Source: Candidatus Latescibacterota bacterium (GTDB lineage Bacteria > Latescibacterota > UBA2968 > UBA8231). From it: a stretch of DNA of 64,000 nucleotides. This document shows positions 9,466-19,822 of this stretch, one piece after another. Position 1 is the stretch's first letter, and every line of letters begins with the position of its first letter. The DNA lies in the NCBI GenBank assembly GCA_965215195.1, contig CBDCDC010000002.1, positions 2,752,001-2,816,000 on the forward strand. The letters run 5' to 3'. The position numbers and the translations under genes were made by a program. The notes below the pieces were generated by a model that made no database searches, was not told where the DNA came from, and worked only from the letters and a program-made list of their open reading frames with translations.

Positions 9466-10677
9466 TTGAGGGCGGGGAGATGGCGAGATCAGGTTATTTT
9501 GCACACCCCCCTGTTGAACATCGCACTCACTGACTTAGTGGACATTGCAGTCGTCGGTCTGCTGCTTTGGGGTCTAATAGCGTGGACCCGCCGAGTGCAT
9601 ACGCGGATGGCCCTGCTCGGCTTGGCTTTTTTGGGCGTCTTCTACCTGATAGCGCAGCAATTCAAGCTGCAGCTAACAACTTGGATATTCCAAGGCTTTA
9701 TCCCGGTGCTATTAGTGGTGGTGGTGATAGTCTTTCAAGATGATTTGCGCCGACTCTTTGAGCAGATCGCCGCGCTCGGTCTGCGCCGCAAGGGTCCGAG
9801 GCTGGACGAAACCAGCATAGGGAAGCTGAGCAGGGGATTGGATAGGTTGGCGAAAAAAAAACGCGGCGCCTTGGTGGTCCTGCCGGGGCGCGAGCCGATA
9901 GAACGACATTTTTTGCAGAGTGGGGTCCCGCTGGACGCGGAGATCAGCGAAGAACTCCTCGACAGCCTTTTCGACCCGGGTTCGGCTGGACACGACGGCG
10001 CGCTGGTGATGCGCGACAATAGGCTTGTGAGCTTTGGGGTGCATTTGCCGCTTTCCGAGAATAGGGACGAGATGAAAGGGGGCGGTACGCGGCACGCGGC
10101 CGCGTTGGGCCTAGCCGAACGCAGCGATGCCCTGTGTCTGGTAGTCTCAGAGGAGCGCGGCACCATTGGGATCGCCGCGCGGGGGCAACTCGAGATTCTG
10201 AACGCTTCGGACCCGGGCAAATTGTCGAACAGGATCAGAAGCTACTTGCAGCACACAGGGCCCCAAGTGAATGCCCGCCGGGTGGAGTGGCGGCGGTTGG
10301 GGCGGCGTCTGGCGGAAGGTCTTTTGGCCTTGGCCTTGGCCTTGGGCGCGTGGCTGGTCTTGGTGCCGGGCGCAGCGGTTGAGGAAGCGGTGCTCCAAGT
10401 GCCCGTGGACGTGGAGAACATGCCCGAAGGGTATGCACTAACGGCCGTCAAACCTTCAGAGGTGGAGATCGCGGTGACCGGCCTGCGGCGGGCCTTGTTG
10501 TTGGCGAGCAATGCGGATTTCGAGGTCGTCATTGACGCCCATCTCGTCAGGTTGGGGCGGCGGACCTTTGAGGTGTCCGCCCAGTCCGTGCGCCATGCAA
10601 CCGGATTGGAGGTCACCAGCGTCAAGCCAGAGAAGGTAAAACTAACCGTGCATAAAGCGCTAGGAGATGAGCGATAG
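9466..10677 (+). CDS. Diadenylate cyclase (CdaA/DacA) fused to a YbbR-like domain
   Basis: Three N-terminal TMs, IVFQDDLRR, HDGA, GTRHAAALG and VSEERG motifs; then a TM and a VPV..P..V.V beta domain. Exact start uncertain. Confidence 0.85.
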   Translation: MRAGRWRDQVILHTPLLNIALTDLVDIAVVGLLLWGLIAWTRRVHTRMALLGLAFLGVFYLIAQQFKLQLTTWIFQGFIPVLLVVVVIVFQDDLRRLFEQIAALGLRRKGPRLDETSIGKLSRGLDRLAKKKRGALVVLPGREPIERHFLQSGVPLDAEISEELLDSLFDPGSAGHDGALVMRDNRLVSFGVHLPLSENRDEMKGGGTRHAAALGLAERSDALCLVVSEERGTIGIAARGQLEILNASDPGKLSNRIRSYLQHTGPQVNARRVEWRRLGRRLAEGLLALALALGAWLVLVPGAAVEEAVLQVPVDVENMPEGYALTAVKPSEVEIAVTGLRRALLLASNADFEVVIDAHLVRLGRRTFEVSAQSVRHATGLEVTSVKPEKVKLTVHKALGDER

Positions 10678-10750
10678 CGGCGAAGAACGCGCTTTGAGCG
10701 GTGCGGCGGCCCCTACAAGAGACTGCGAACCGAGGGCTGCGTAACGTCAG

Positions 10751-13700
10751 TTAGTCGGGGTTATCTGCTCTCTCTTTTTTGCGGAATGGAATGCCGAGTT
10801 TCCGCAGGCGGCTGCGCAGGGTGTTGGGATGGAGGCCGAGTAAATTAGCGGCTCCTCGGGGGCCGGAAATGACCCCATTAGTGTGGTTCAGCACACGGGT
10901 CAGGTATTGGCGCAGGTGATCCGCAAGCGGCACAATGGCGAATGCACTTTCGCGCTGGTAGGGTCGGGTCGCGCCGATGCCTTGGGCGAAGTGGTCTGGC
11001 TCGAGGGGGCCTCGACGGGCGGCGATGACGGCGCGCTGCACGGCGTGTTCCAACTGGCGCACATTGCCCGGCCAGTCGTAGGCTTGCAGGACTTCGATCC
11101 CGGCGGGGCTGATGGGCGCGACAGGCTGGTTGAGTTGAGCCGCAAGCTGCGTGGCAAAATGGTCCGCAAGAAGCGGAATGTCTTCCGGGCGTTCCCTCAG
11201 AGGGGGAATACGGAGAGCATAGCCTTCGAGCCGATAGAACAGATCGGCGCGGAAGGTTTGGTTGACGATGGCCTGTTCGAGGTTGTCGTGGGTTGCGGCG
11301 ATGACGCGGACATCAACGGGGATGGCTTGGTTGCCGCCGACTCTGTATAGCCGCTGTTCCTGTAGCACCTCCAGCAAGTTCGCCTGCACATCGAGGGCGA
11401 GATCGCCGATCTCATCGAGGAACAGAGTCCCTTGGTTGGCCCGTTCAAACTTGCCGATGTGGCGGTCGTGCGCCCCGGTATAGGCACCTCTTTCGTGGCC
11501 GAACAACTCGTTGTTGACCAGTTCGCGCCCCAGTGTGCCGCAGTTGACGGTGACAAACGGCGCGTCTCGGCGCGCACTCAACTCGTGAATCGCTTGGGCG
11601 GCAAGGCTCTTGCCGGTGCCGGTTTCGCCGAGTAAGAGCACGGTCAGGTCCGTCTCGGCCGCCTCGAGAAAATCGGCTTCCACTTGGCGCATAACGTCGC
11701 TCTGTCCTACGAACCAGCGTTGGAGTACGGCCATGCGGGCGTCGTCGGTGACCTCGAAGTGGACCCTAACTTGCTCGGAATAGGTGAGGTCCCGGTCGAC
11801 GGCTTGGAGACAGAACGCGTACGTCCCCGGCGGGAGCGGCGGGTACTCCACTTGGGTCTCGGCCGTCTGACGCCACGCCGACGTTAGGCCGTCGAGGCGA
11901 TAGCGGTAGATCAGATGAGCGGGCGGATCGAGTGGGCTGGTGCCCGCAAAGCGGATGCGGACGCTATCAGCCGTACTGGGAAAGCGGATCGCTTCTTGGT
12001 CAGCGGCGACCTCGTAGGCGGCATCGGCCTCTACGCTCACGACGACCGCCTGTGGAGATATGTGCCGGGGCGCGTACCGCACTACGCCCCCTTTGGTCGC
12101 CAGATAGAGTGCCCCGTCGCGGCCTTCCGCGAGGTCGCGGACGGTGTTGCACCAGCGGGGCTCAGGCACCTCAACGTGTTGGAAAACTTGGCCGTCGTAG
12201 CCGCATAGCCCACGGCCTTCAGTGCCCATCCACAGCCGCCCGTCGCCGGCTTGGAGGACGCTGGTGACGGTAGCGCACGGCAGCCCGTCGGCTTGGGTGA
12301 AATGACGAATTCGCCCCTCGTTTAGACACAACAAGCCTCGGTTGGTCCCTATCCACAGCCGCCCATCGGCCCCCTCATACAAGGCAAAGATCAAGCAGGC
12401 GGGCGCATCTACTTTTGCACACGTGGTGCCGTCGAAGCGGTATAGCCCGTGCCCTTCGTCCGCAGAGTTTGACCCCAACCACAGATGCCCTTGACGGCTC
12501 CAAGCGAGGGCGTCAATCTGGGTGGGAGTCGCCGAACCGAACCAGCGAACCTGCCCGTCCTCGACACAGCCCAACCCGCCTATGCGCTGATAGGCAAACC
12601 AGACCCGGCCAGATGCGTCCATCGCAAGGGCCGAAATGGAGTCCGGCGACGCGGGTTGGTGCATCAAGTCCATCTGCTGGCTGTCGCAGTCATAGCGGTA
12701 TAGGCCCGTGCCGGTGCCCCCAAACCATACGCGGTTGTCGCGATCGAGGCATAGAGCCGTGATCTTTTCGCATCCGGGGACGGCTATTCTCTCGACACTG
12801 CTCCGTTGGGTGTCAAAACGGACGAGGCCGCCTTCGGTGCTAGTCCACAAGGGGCCGGCGTCGCTCTGGGCAATGCTACTTGTCGCTGGCAGCCCTTGAT
12901 CTGAGCCGAAGACTTGCAGGCGTTGGCTGTCGTAGCAGTGCAGGCCCCTATCGCGGGTGCCTACCCACAACCGCCCGAGGCGATCGACGCACAAACCCCG
13001 CGAGAAGGACAGGTCGCCCCGGTACGCGAAATCCATTTGCTCGCCATCGCAACAGGCCAAGGCCCCCTCGTAAGAGGGCAGGTATATGGTCTCGGAACGA
13101 GGATCCTCTGCAATGGCGAGAAAGTGAGACTGGCGACTGGGCTCCAGCAGGCGGAACTCCCGGCCGTCGAAGACAAAGACGCCGACAGTGGTGGCCAGCC
13201 AAAGGGTGCCGTCGGACCGCGCCAACAAGCCCGTCACCTCGGCGTTGGGGGCTATCTCGTTAAATCGCGCATGTCTGTGAGGTGTGTCACTCATGCGGTC
13301 GTAGGAGTACAGGCTGCGGCCACCGCACCAGATCGTCCCCTGAGTGTCGATAGCTAAGGCGTAGATGCTTTCGCCGTGGAGGGGGGCGCGATCGGTTAGG
13401 GCGATGAGTCTGAGTTGCTGCCCGTCCCAATGCGCTAGCGCGGGAGACGAGTGGAGTTGCTGCTCCAACCCGAACCAGACCCCACCCTCGTCGTCGGCAC
13501 CGCCGCAAAGAAAACTGTGGGACAAACTGGCGGCCAAGGGGTGAAATCCCTCATCGTCGTACCAAGTAAGGCCGCGGTTGGTGCCCAACCACATCTGACC
13601 GGCCACATCCTCGACGATGCTATGCACTCCGTTGCCGGAAAGGCCGTCTTGGTGCGTAAAGGTCGCCACCGTCTTCTGGTCGAAGCAGGCGACGCCGTGG

Positions 13701-13816
13701 TCGCTCGTACCAATCCACATGCGGTCATGGCGGTCTTGATAGAGACACTCGATGGAGGCGTCGGGCAGTCCTTCGGCTGTAAAATGAGACCAGACCCCTG
13801 CCGTTCTGTCCCACAT
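10751..13816 (-). CDS. Sigma-54-dependent activator with N-terminal regulator-propeller repeats and a Y_Y_Y domain
   Basis: Repeated D..G.LW.GT..G blades, YRYRL...[33 protein letters not shown] and a Fis-type HTH. Confidence 0.9.
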   Translation of the reverse strand: MWDRTAGVWSHFTAEGLPDASIECLYQDRHDRMWIGTSDHGVACFDQKTVATFTHQDGLSGNGVHSIVEDVAGQMWLGTNRGLTWYDDEGFHPLAASLSHSFLCGGADDEGGVWFGLEQQLHSSPALAHWDGQQLRLIALTDRAPLHGESIYALAIDTQGTIWCGGRSLYSYDRMSDTPHRHARFNEIAPNAEVTGLLARSDGTLWLATTVGVFVFDGREFRLLEPSRQSHFLAIAEDPRSETIYLPSYEGALACCDGEQMDFAYRGDLSFSRGLCVDRLGRLWVGTRDRGLHCYDSQRLQVFGSDQGLPATSSIAQSDAGPLWTSTEGGLVRFDTQRSSVERIAVPGCEKITALCLDRDNRVWFGGTGTGLYRYDCDSQQMDLMHQPASPDSISALAMDASGRVWFAYQRIGGLGCVEDGQVRWFGSATPTQIDALAWSRQGHLWLGSNSADEGHGLYRFDGTTCAKVDAPACLIFALYEGADGRLWIGTNRGLLCLNEGRIRHFTQADGLPCATVTSVLQAGDGRLWMGTEGRGLCGYDGQVFQHVEVPEPRWCNTVRDLAEGRDGALYLATKGGVVRYAPRHISPQAVVVSVEADAAYEVAADQEAIRFPSTADSVRIRFAGTSPLDPPAHLIYRYRLDGLTSAWRQTAETQVEYPPLPPGTYAFCLQAVDRDLTYSEQVRVHFEVTDDARMAVLQRWFVGQSDVMRQVEADFLEAAETDLTVLLLGETGTGKSLAAQAIHELSARRDAPFVTVNCGTLGRELVNNELFGHERGAYTGAHDRHIGKFERANQGTLFLDEIGDLALDVQANLLEVLQEQRLYRVGGNQAIPVDVRVIAATHDNLEQAIVNQTFRADLFYRLEGYALRIPPLRERPEDIPLLADHFATQLAAQLNQPVAPISPAGIEVLQAYDWPGNVRQLEHAVQRAVIAARRGPLEPDHFAQGIGATRPYQRESAFAIVPLADHLRQYLTRVLNHTNGVISGPRGAANLLGLHPNTLRSRLRKLGIPFRKKERADNPD

Positions 13817-13838
13817 AAACGATATCCTCCCTTAGTCA

Positions 13839-13980
13839 CGATATATGGTGAAATTGCGATATATGGTGAAATTATCCATATCGTTGTTTTTCTTTAAGTT
13901 AAAGAGATTTAGGGCCGTATCCAAGCAAAAAAACACTAAATGCCGTGGTTTTTGACGATTTTCGCAAAAATGCGACAATA
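13839..13980. promoter_or_regulatory. Candidate activator-binding or autoregulatory sites
   Basis: CGATATATGGTGAAATT repeated at 18-bp spacing; imperfect palindrome TTGACGATTTTCGCAAAAATGCGACAA in an AT-rich intergenic region. Confidence 0.45.
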
Positions 13981-14026
13981 TATCTAATTTACTATTTATA
14001 AAGGACTTACAAGAATAAGTTACTGT

Positions 14027-14042
14027 TGGCACGATAATTGCA
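14027..14042 (+). promoter_or_regulatory. Sigma-54 -24/-12 promoter
   Basis: TGGCAC-GATAA-TTGCA matches the consensus; divergent from the activator gene; IHF-like TATAAAGGACTTA just upstream. Confidence 0.9.
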
Positions 14043-14101
14043 ATTATTGTATGTAGAGCAACGGACACTACATCGGAAAAATAGGCAACGGTAGGCTTTA
14101 G

Positions 14102-14278
14102 ATGTTGACCTCGTTTAACGCGCCGATTTGGGCCCTGCTGCTCAACGCGTTCGTACTCACCTGTTTTGTTCTGCTGGTGTTGTGGTCGGTTTTGCGTCCG
14201 GGTCGCTCGGCGGCCACCGAGGCGAGTTGGGACGCCTCGCAAGGGCTGTCATCGCTGCAGCAATTGCTAGGGGGCTAA
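14102..14278 (+). CDS. 58-aa single-TM protein (not in the ORF track)
   Basis: MLTSFNAPIWALLLNAFVLTCFVLLVLWSVLRPGRS...; first ORF after the sigma-54 promoter; stop is 2 bp before the next ATG. Confidence 0.6.
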   Translation: MLTSFNAPIWALLLNAFVLTCFVLLVLWSVLRPGRSAATEASWDASQGLSSLQQLLGG

Positions 14279-14280
14279 CG

Positions 14281-14892
14281 ATGAATCGGGATAGAAAAGA
14301 CCCTGTGACGATGGCCTTTGGCGTCTTGTTGGTGGTGTTGCTGCCGACCTGTTTCCTGTTGGCAAGCCGCTATCAGTCGCTCGATGAGCGCGAGTTGCAG
14401 CCGAAGCCCTTTGTACCCGCGCCTTCCCCGGAGGTGCTGTTGGCGCAAGTGAGCCACGTTGCATCCGACAGTACGCTCCAACTCCAACAGGTATGGGCTG
14501 CCGAGCCGGAACCGACTTCTGGTTTGGTGGCCGACTACCAAGTCATGCGCGGCGACGAGGCGGTCTATCGGCTGGTGCTGTTCCGCTACGACATCGCTTG
14601 TCGTGTGTGCCGGGACGTGCTGGCTGCCGCCCTGTACGAGGGCGACACACTGGCGCAGATCCTCCTGCTCGACGAGTGGGAGGTGCGCGGCGAGCGGGTG
14701 GATACCGCACGCTTTTTGCGCCAATTCGCCGGTCGCTCGGTGGCGGAGGAACTGGCGCTTGAGTCTAATGTCGATGGAATCAGCGGGGCCACGTTTTCAA
14801 CCGGGGGCTTGGTCGAACAACTCAACACCGCGGCGGCGTGGGTGCGGGGGCATCCGCTGGAGACGCCCGCAAGCGAGGAGAAACGACTGTGA
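14281..14892 (+). CDS. Membrane-anchored FMN-binding (flavinylation motif) protein with CxxC
   Basis: N-terminal TM, CRVC, VDGISGATFST motif. Confidence 0.8.
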   Translation: MNRDRKDPVTMAFGVLLVVLLPTCFLLASRYQSLDERELQPKPFVPAPSPEVLLAQVSHVASDSTLQLQQVWAAEPEPTSGLVADYQVMRGDEAVYRLVLFRYDIACRVCRDVLAAALYEGDTLAQILLLDEWEVRGERVDTARFLRQFAGRSVAEELALESNVDGISGATFSTGGLVEQLNTAAAWVRGHPLETPASEEKRL

Positions 14893-15428
14893 ACGCTCTC
14901 AGACCCAATCGCGGGGCTACGACTTTGATCGTGGCCACGGGCATCCTGTTGGGGGCCTGTACCTTCTTGGCGGCCAAGATCGTCAACCCCCCTCCCATTG
15001 ATCCGCTCGATGTGGAGTTTTGGGATTTGCTGGGTACGCAAGCGGCCGTGCTGGAATTAGAAGATCTGGCGGGCACGGGCACGGTTTCTAACGCGCAATT
15101 TGTGAACCAGCCCTATTTGCTCATTTTCGCCGACTCTGAATGCAGTGCCTGCGAGAGCATCTATCCGCACCTGCTGCGCGCCTCGCAGGTACAAGGAGTG
15201 AATGTCCTGTTCATTGCCTCGGGCGACCGGCCGGCGATGCACGACAAAATGGAGGAACACAGTTTTGCGTTCCCCGTCGCCTTTGATTCCCTGTTGACGG
15301 CGAATGCGCCTTTTGCGGTAAAGGCTTTTCCGGCCGCTGTCTTGGTGGATGCCGAAGGCAACATTGCCAAAGCCGCTACCGGCGACCAGACCGCCATAGC
15401 CGTAATACGCTTGGCTGGAAGGTCCTGA
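14889..15428 (+). CDS. TlpA/redoxin-family thiol-disulfide oxidoreductase
   Basis: N-terminal anchor, CSAC, FPVAFD, cis-Pro loop AFP..VLVD.EG. Confidence 0.85.
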   Translation: MNALRPNRGATTLIVATGILLGACTFLAAKIVNPPPIDPLDVEFWDLLGTQAAVLELEDLAGTGTVSNAQFVNQPYLLIFADSECSACESIYPHLLRASQVQGVNVLFIASGDRPAMHDKMEEHSFAFPVAFDSLLTANAPFAVKAFPAAVLVDAEGNIAKAATGDQTAIAVIRLAGRS

Positions 15429-15443
15429 AAGGATGAATGCGCC

Positions 15444-16010
15444 ATGCAATTTGTAACGCTCTTGCGTCGTCCGGTGGTGTGGACGGTGATGGCCTGTGCC
15501 GCAGTCGTGCTCTTTTTGGCGTTGCGTCCCCCTTCGTCGGCCATCTCGCCCGTGGTCTGGACCGAGCCGTCGGCCAACCCTCTGTCCAAGGTGCTGCGAT
15601 CGGGGGATGCTGCGCCGGACTTCGCGCTGCCGGCCGTGCAGGGTGGCGTTGTAGCATTGAGTGCGTTGCAGGGAAAGTCCGCCCTGATCGCCTTTGTTAC
15701 GGCGGAATGCCCGTATTGTCAAAAATTAAACAAGCAACTCGAAGCCTTTGAACTGAATGCGGATCAACAACTCGTGTTCATCTGCACCGGGGAAGAGGGT
15801 GCGCGGAAGATTAGCGAGACCTATTCCTTTACGTACCCGGTGTTAATTGACTCGGCTGGCGCAGTCTCACAGGCGTACAAGACCCCCGGGGTGCCTACGG
15901 TGTATCAGATCGATACCGAGGGGACGGTGGTGGACTTGGTGGTGGGGTGGCCGCCGGCGTGGGAGTTTGTGCGGGGTTTTGGCCGAGTACAGCCGAGCGA
16001 AGGCTCTTGA
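15444..16010 (+). CDS. TlpA/redoxin-family thiol-disulfide oxidoreductase
   Basis: G..APDFAL, CPYC, YPVLID and GVPT motifs. Confidence 0.9.
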   Translation: MQFVTLLRRPVVWTVMACAAVVLFLALRPPSSAISPVVWTEPSANPLSKVLRSGDAAPDFALPAVQGGVVALSALQGKSALIAFVTAECPYCQKLNKQLEAFELNADQQLVFICTGEEGARKISETYSFTYPVLIDSAGAVSQAYKTPGVPTVYQIDTEGTVVDLVVGWPPAWEFVRGFGRVQPSEGS

Positions 16011-16035
16011 GGCCATTCGCTCAATGACCACTATG

Positions 16036-16136
16036 GCCCAGAAAGGAGGTGCTATCCCGTGTTCGCAGGTTTGATTCCAAGTCAGCGACCACAACGGTTC
16101 GCTGATCCTTTTTTCTATCACTCAAGGAGGATTTAG
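16036..16136 (+). promoter_or_regulatory. Conserved leader (strong SD, short uORF, hairpin plus T-run), copy 1
   Basis: AAGGAGGT, GTG at 16059, TCAGCGACC...GGTTCGCTGA followed by a T-rich run; homologous to the 26038 and 27023 leaders. Confidence 0.6.
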
Positions 16137-16138
16137 TT

Positions 16139-16495
16139 ATGAACTCTTTGCCTTTGTTCTTGCAGTCGGCGCTGCTGATGCCGCTGGTAGCCCCGCTGGT
16201 GGAGTTCGCCACGTCGACCAGCGGCCACGTTGAGCCGCGCCAGGGGTTGGCCTTGGGGTGGTTGGGCAGCGTGGTGGCTGGGCTGGCGGTGGTGTTCGGC
16301 ACGGCCGACCGGGCGCAGGCCGATTCCTGCTACGGGATATCCCCTGGCAGTCCCGGCACTTGGGTCTGCTCCAACGAGATGTGCGCCTTTGATCACCATG
16401 GAGACGGCCTAGCGGCGTATGACAAATACTATGTCCACAGTAGGTCTGACCATGGCTGCAGCAGCACGTCAAGGTCCTGTAGCTGTCCTCCGTGA
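16139..16495 (+). CDS. Exported Cys-rich peptide precursor (long leader ending AQA, 6-Cys core)
   Basis: AAGGAGG RBS; leader shared with the 26140 and 27125 genes; core DSCYGISPG...CSSTSRSCSCPP. Confidence 0.75.
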   Translation: MNSLPLFLQSALLMPLVAPLVEFATSTSGHVEPRQGLALGWLGSVVAGLAVVFGTADRAQADSCYGISPGSPGTWVCSNEMCAFDHHGDGLAAYDKYYVHSRSDHGCSSTSRSCSCPP

Positions 16496-16562
16496 TCTAC
16501 CATCCGGGTATATCGCGGCTGTCCAAACAGGAGGATGGTTCTACAGTAAGTGCTGAGAGGTA

Positions 16563-16603
16563 TAGCCCATGTGGCACTCTCGGGCCGGGTGCCACATGGG
16601 CTA
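16563..16603. other. Perfect 15-bp inverted repeat (RNA hairpin)
   Basis: TAGCCCATGTGGCAC ... GTGCCACATGGGCTA with no T-tract. Confidence 0.75.
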
Positions 16604-17074
16604 ATGGTCCTCTGTTCTACTGCGTCTATCCCTCGAATAGAGGTAGGGTGTTCGATCACCTAACACTTCTTCACTAACTCTGGAGGTGCATTATGCGCTG
16701 CTTGATCGTTGCGATTGGATTATTGGCGGCTCCGCTGGGAGTCTTGGCCATAACGTGGGATTTTGACGACGGCACTACTGGGGGCTGGACCGCCCACGAG
16801 AGCGAACTAGGCGATCTCAGGGCCATTACTCCCACCACAGTGTACAGCGAAGTCGAAGCCGGCGTCTGGCGCATTGCGCCGGTGCCGAATGGGCAGATAC
16901 CGGCCATTCGCTTGCTCTCGCCGCTGATTGGGGAAGACTCGGCTCTGTTCGACTCGATCACCCTCCGGCTGCGTATCCTCCACGATCGCCCCACCGGGGG
17001 GAACCTCCTGATGACGTGGTCCAATGCCGAGTCCCGACGCCGCAAGCAGGAAACGGGGGGCCACGAACTAAATA

Positions 17075-17959
17075 ACCAATGGTGCTAGTGGGCTACAAGC
17101 TAAATTCCGCGATGGACAACGGGACGAATCCATTTTCATCCGGTTGCAATCCATGCCACTGTGCCAGCAGGTTAAAGGCGGCCATGGCCGCGCTCAGATG
17201 CGCTCTAAAGTAGGCCCAAGCTCGATGGGTCTGTCGCTTGAACCGGCCAATGCGGGTCAGCATCGAAAAGACGGTCTCGATGACCATCCGGTCGCCCCAG
17301 GTTTTGCGGGGACACACTTTCAGATTAGCCGGATCACCTTCTTTGGCATGAAAGCCTTGGTCGCTGAGGAGGATCATCTGCTCTTCGTAGCGACCAATCA
17401 TCGGGTGAAAGACCGAATCGTGGACATTGGCCGTGTTACAATCCCAATCGACGATCAAGCCCCACTGGTTGACGATCAAGCCCAGCTTGCCGCCGACGAT
17501 CCAGCGGTGATTGGACAACCCTTTCTGGCCGATAGGGTGAGCGGAGCGGCCTTCGCGTACTGGATGGATCAACTCGATGCCATAGCTATCGATCACGCCT
17601 AAGGGGGTGGGGTCCGCTCGAAAGCGATCGGTCCAGTCCGCATGGGCGACAAACAGGCGGAACAAGCGGGTGCGTTCGGGCAGGCGCGGGAAAAAGGCGC
17701 GCCAATCGCGCACTACCCAGCGATAAAACGCCCGTTTGCCGTCCCCTTTGAGCGCATATAGAACCGCCAGGGTCACCGTTTCGCTGGGATATAAGGCGGC
17801 TTGGGGGTGTTTGGGCACATCGCCCATCTGGTTGTCGATCCGATAGAAGAGGGCTATTATAAACTCGGCCGTGGTCATGGGACGCTCCTTCGCTGGAAGG
17901 GGGGACACCCTCAGCGTAGGAACTACCTCGACCACGGTCAACTCACTAGCACCATTGGT
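17075..17959 (-). mobile_element. IS982-family element, copy 2 (intact)
   Basis: 16-bp IRs ACCAATGGTGCTAGTG; TAAATA duplication at 17069-17074 and 17960-17965. Confidence 0.9.
17093..17878 (-). CDS. IS982-family DDE transposase
   Basis: Near-identical to the 5359-6144 protein. Confidence 0.85.
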   Translation of the reverse strand: MTTAEFIIALFYRIDNQMGDVPKHPQAALYPSETVTLAVLYALKGDGKRAFYRWVVRDWRAFFPRLPERTRLFRLFVAHADWTDRFRADPTPLGVIDSYGIELIHPVREGRSAHPIGQKGLSNHRWIVGGKLGLIVNQWGLIVDWDCNTANVHDSVFHPMIGRYEEQMILLSDQGFHAKEGDPANLKVCPRKTWGDRMVIETVFSMLTRIGRFKRQTHRAWAYFRAHLSAAMAAFNLLAQWHGLQPDENGFVPLSIAEFSL

Positions 17960-19822
17960 TAAATAGCTTGTCGGGGTTTTATACGGGCCGTTATCAATAC
18001 TATCCCATCGAATGGGAAAACGTCACGATAGATATACGCGGCTTGGAAGCCGGGGCGGAAGCGAGACGACAAGAGCCGATTGCGACCATTTGGGCGGACA
18101 CGGCGATCACTTGGCAGGACACCCTCTTCCACGTGCAGCTAGACCTCAACGTAAACCGCGACCCCCAGGGTCCGGCCGATCATCCGGCCTTTGTCGAAGT
18201 CGATTGGATTCAACTGACGGGGGCTGAAGAGCTGCTGTTCGGGGAATTGCCGCCCCGGGCGGTCGCTGGGGCGGCCGGGGGGCCCGGAGCGTTATTCGCC
18301 GAGCCGCGTTTTTCTCTGCTGGGCTGGAGTATCGGTAGTCCTCCATTCTCGCAAGGTACGTTGGGCGATATAGATGGCGATGGGGATGCCGATCTGGTGG
18401 TGGTCTGGACGTACTTTGAGTCCATCAAAGTGACCGAAGGGACGTTTGATCGAACGACCCATGCAGGCTGGACGGTCGCGTCCAGCGATGGGTTGGGCGG
18501 CTTGGTCCCCACCCGAGAGGTGCTCCGCGGAGGCGAGCCCCTCATAGGCATTGCGGGGGACGACTTCAACGGGGATGGACTGCTTGATCTGGCCTTTCGT
18601 GGTGGTCGGACCCTCGAATTGTGGCTCAACCGGGGCGAGCATGGTTTTGAAACCATCCTTCAGCTATCCGATGTCTGGCTTGAAGGCCTAGCCGATGGCG
18701 ATGGCGACGGCGATGTGGACCTGTTGGTCACGGAATACGATCCCCTACGGGACGACTACGTATGGTCCGAAGTGATTATGTGGCTCAATGACGGTGCGGG
18801 CGGGTTTGCCCACCGCGATCGGTTCGTCCTCGACACCGAAGAAGAGTTCACGCCTAAGAAGCTGACGACGGGGCAACCGGTGGGCGAGGCCGTGCGCGTG
18901 TTGTGGACCGGAGGGTGCTATGCTGGAGGGGCTCGTCTGACCCAGCCATGGGCGGCCAGCGAGCCACCCCCGCTGTTTCTTGACGCCGAGCTCAATCCCT
19001 GCGACCTGCAGCTAATCACCGATCTGGATGGGGATGGGACGGTGGAGTTGATCGGGACGCCCGAGCGGAATCTATACTTCGACTTTCTTACTGGCATCAC
19101 CTACCACGGTTTGGCGCTGTGGCGGGTGGACGCTGCGGGCAGGGTGGAACGCCACACTCTGCTCGGTCCGCAGGTGATGGTGCCGGATGAGAATTATGGT
19201 GGGGTCCTTGCCCGCGACCTGACTGGTGATGGCCTGCTGGACTTGGCCGTGGTGGATGGCAACCCGGCGACGGGGCCGGCACTGATCGTCTTGGTCGGCC
19301 AGCGCGATGGGGTGCCCGTCGTCGAGGGGCGCTATCCCCTGCCGGGCGTGGGCAGCCAAGTGCTCGCCGGCGATGTCAACGGCGATGGGGCGACCGATCT
19401 GGTGGTGTTGGGCAGGAGTGTGGACGGCGGTTTGGGCGGGGCCTTCGTCTTTCTCAACCAGAGCAGTCCGATGACAGCCGTGGCCAGTGAGACCGCGATC
19501 ACGCCCTCCACCGTTGCCCTCGGCGCGAACTATCCCAATCCATTCAATCCGGCCACGACCCTCCCCGTATCGGTGGCGGCGGATGCGGGCGACGTGGCCG
19601 TAACCATCTACAACGTCTTGGGGCAGCCGGTGCGCGCGGTGTGGAACGGTCCGTTGGCGGCGGGCGAGCATCGGCTGACGTGGGATGGCCGAGACGGGCA
19701 GGGGCAATCCGTTGCCGCCGGGGTCTATCTGGTGCGGCTGCACCAAGGCGACCACACGCGCCTCCGCAAAATGGTCAAAATCGAATAGACGCCCCGAGTC
19801 TATCATCCTCAGGAGGTGCATT

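Larger units (their letters stand above)
16693..19788 (+). pseudogene. Secreted FG-GAP/VCBS-repeat protein with FlgD/T9SS-like C-terminal domain, split by IS982
   Basis: Removing the IS and one target copy restores ...GHELNSLSGFYTGR, collinear with the paralogs; GDxDGDG repeats; NYPNPFNP. Confidence 0.9.

Noticed and set aside
16139-16495. Lanthipeptide, ranthipeptide or other classical RiPP
   Set aside because: No LanM/LanBC, YcaO, radical SAM or peptidase-transporter gene nearby; only redoxins.
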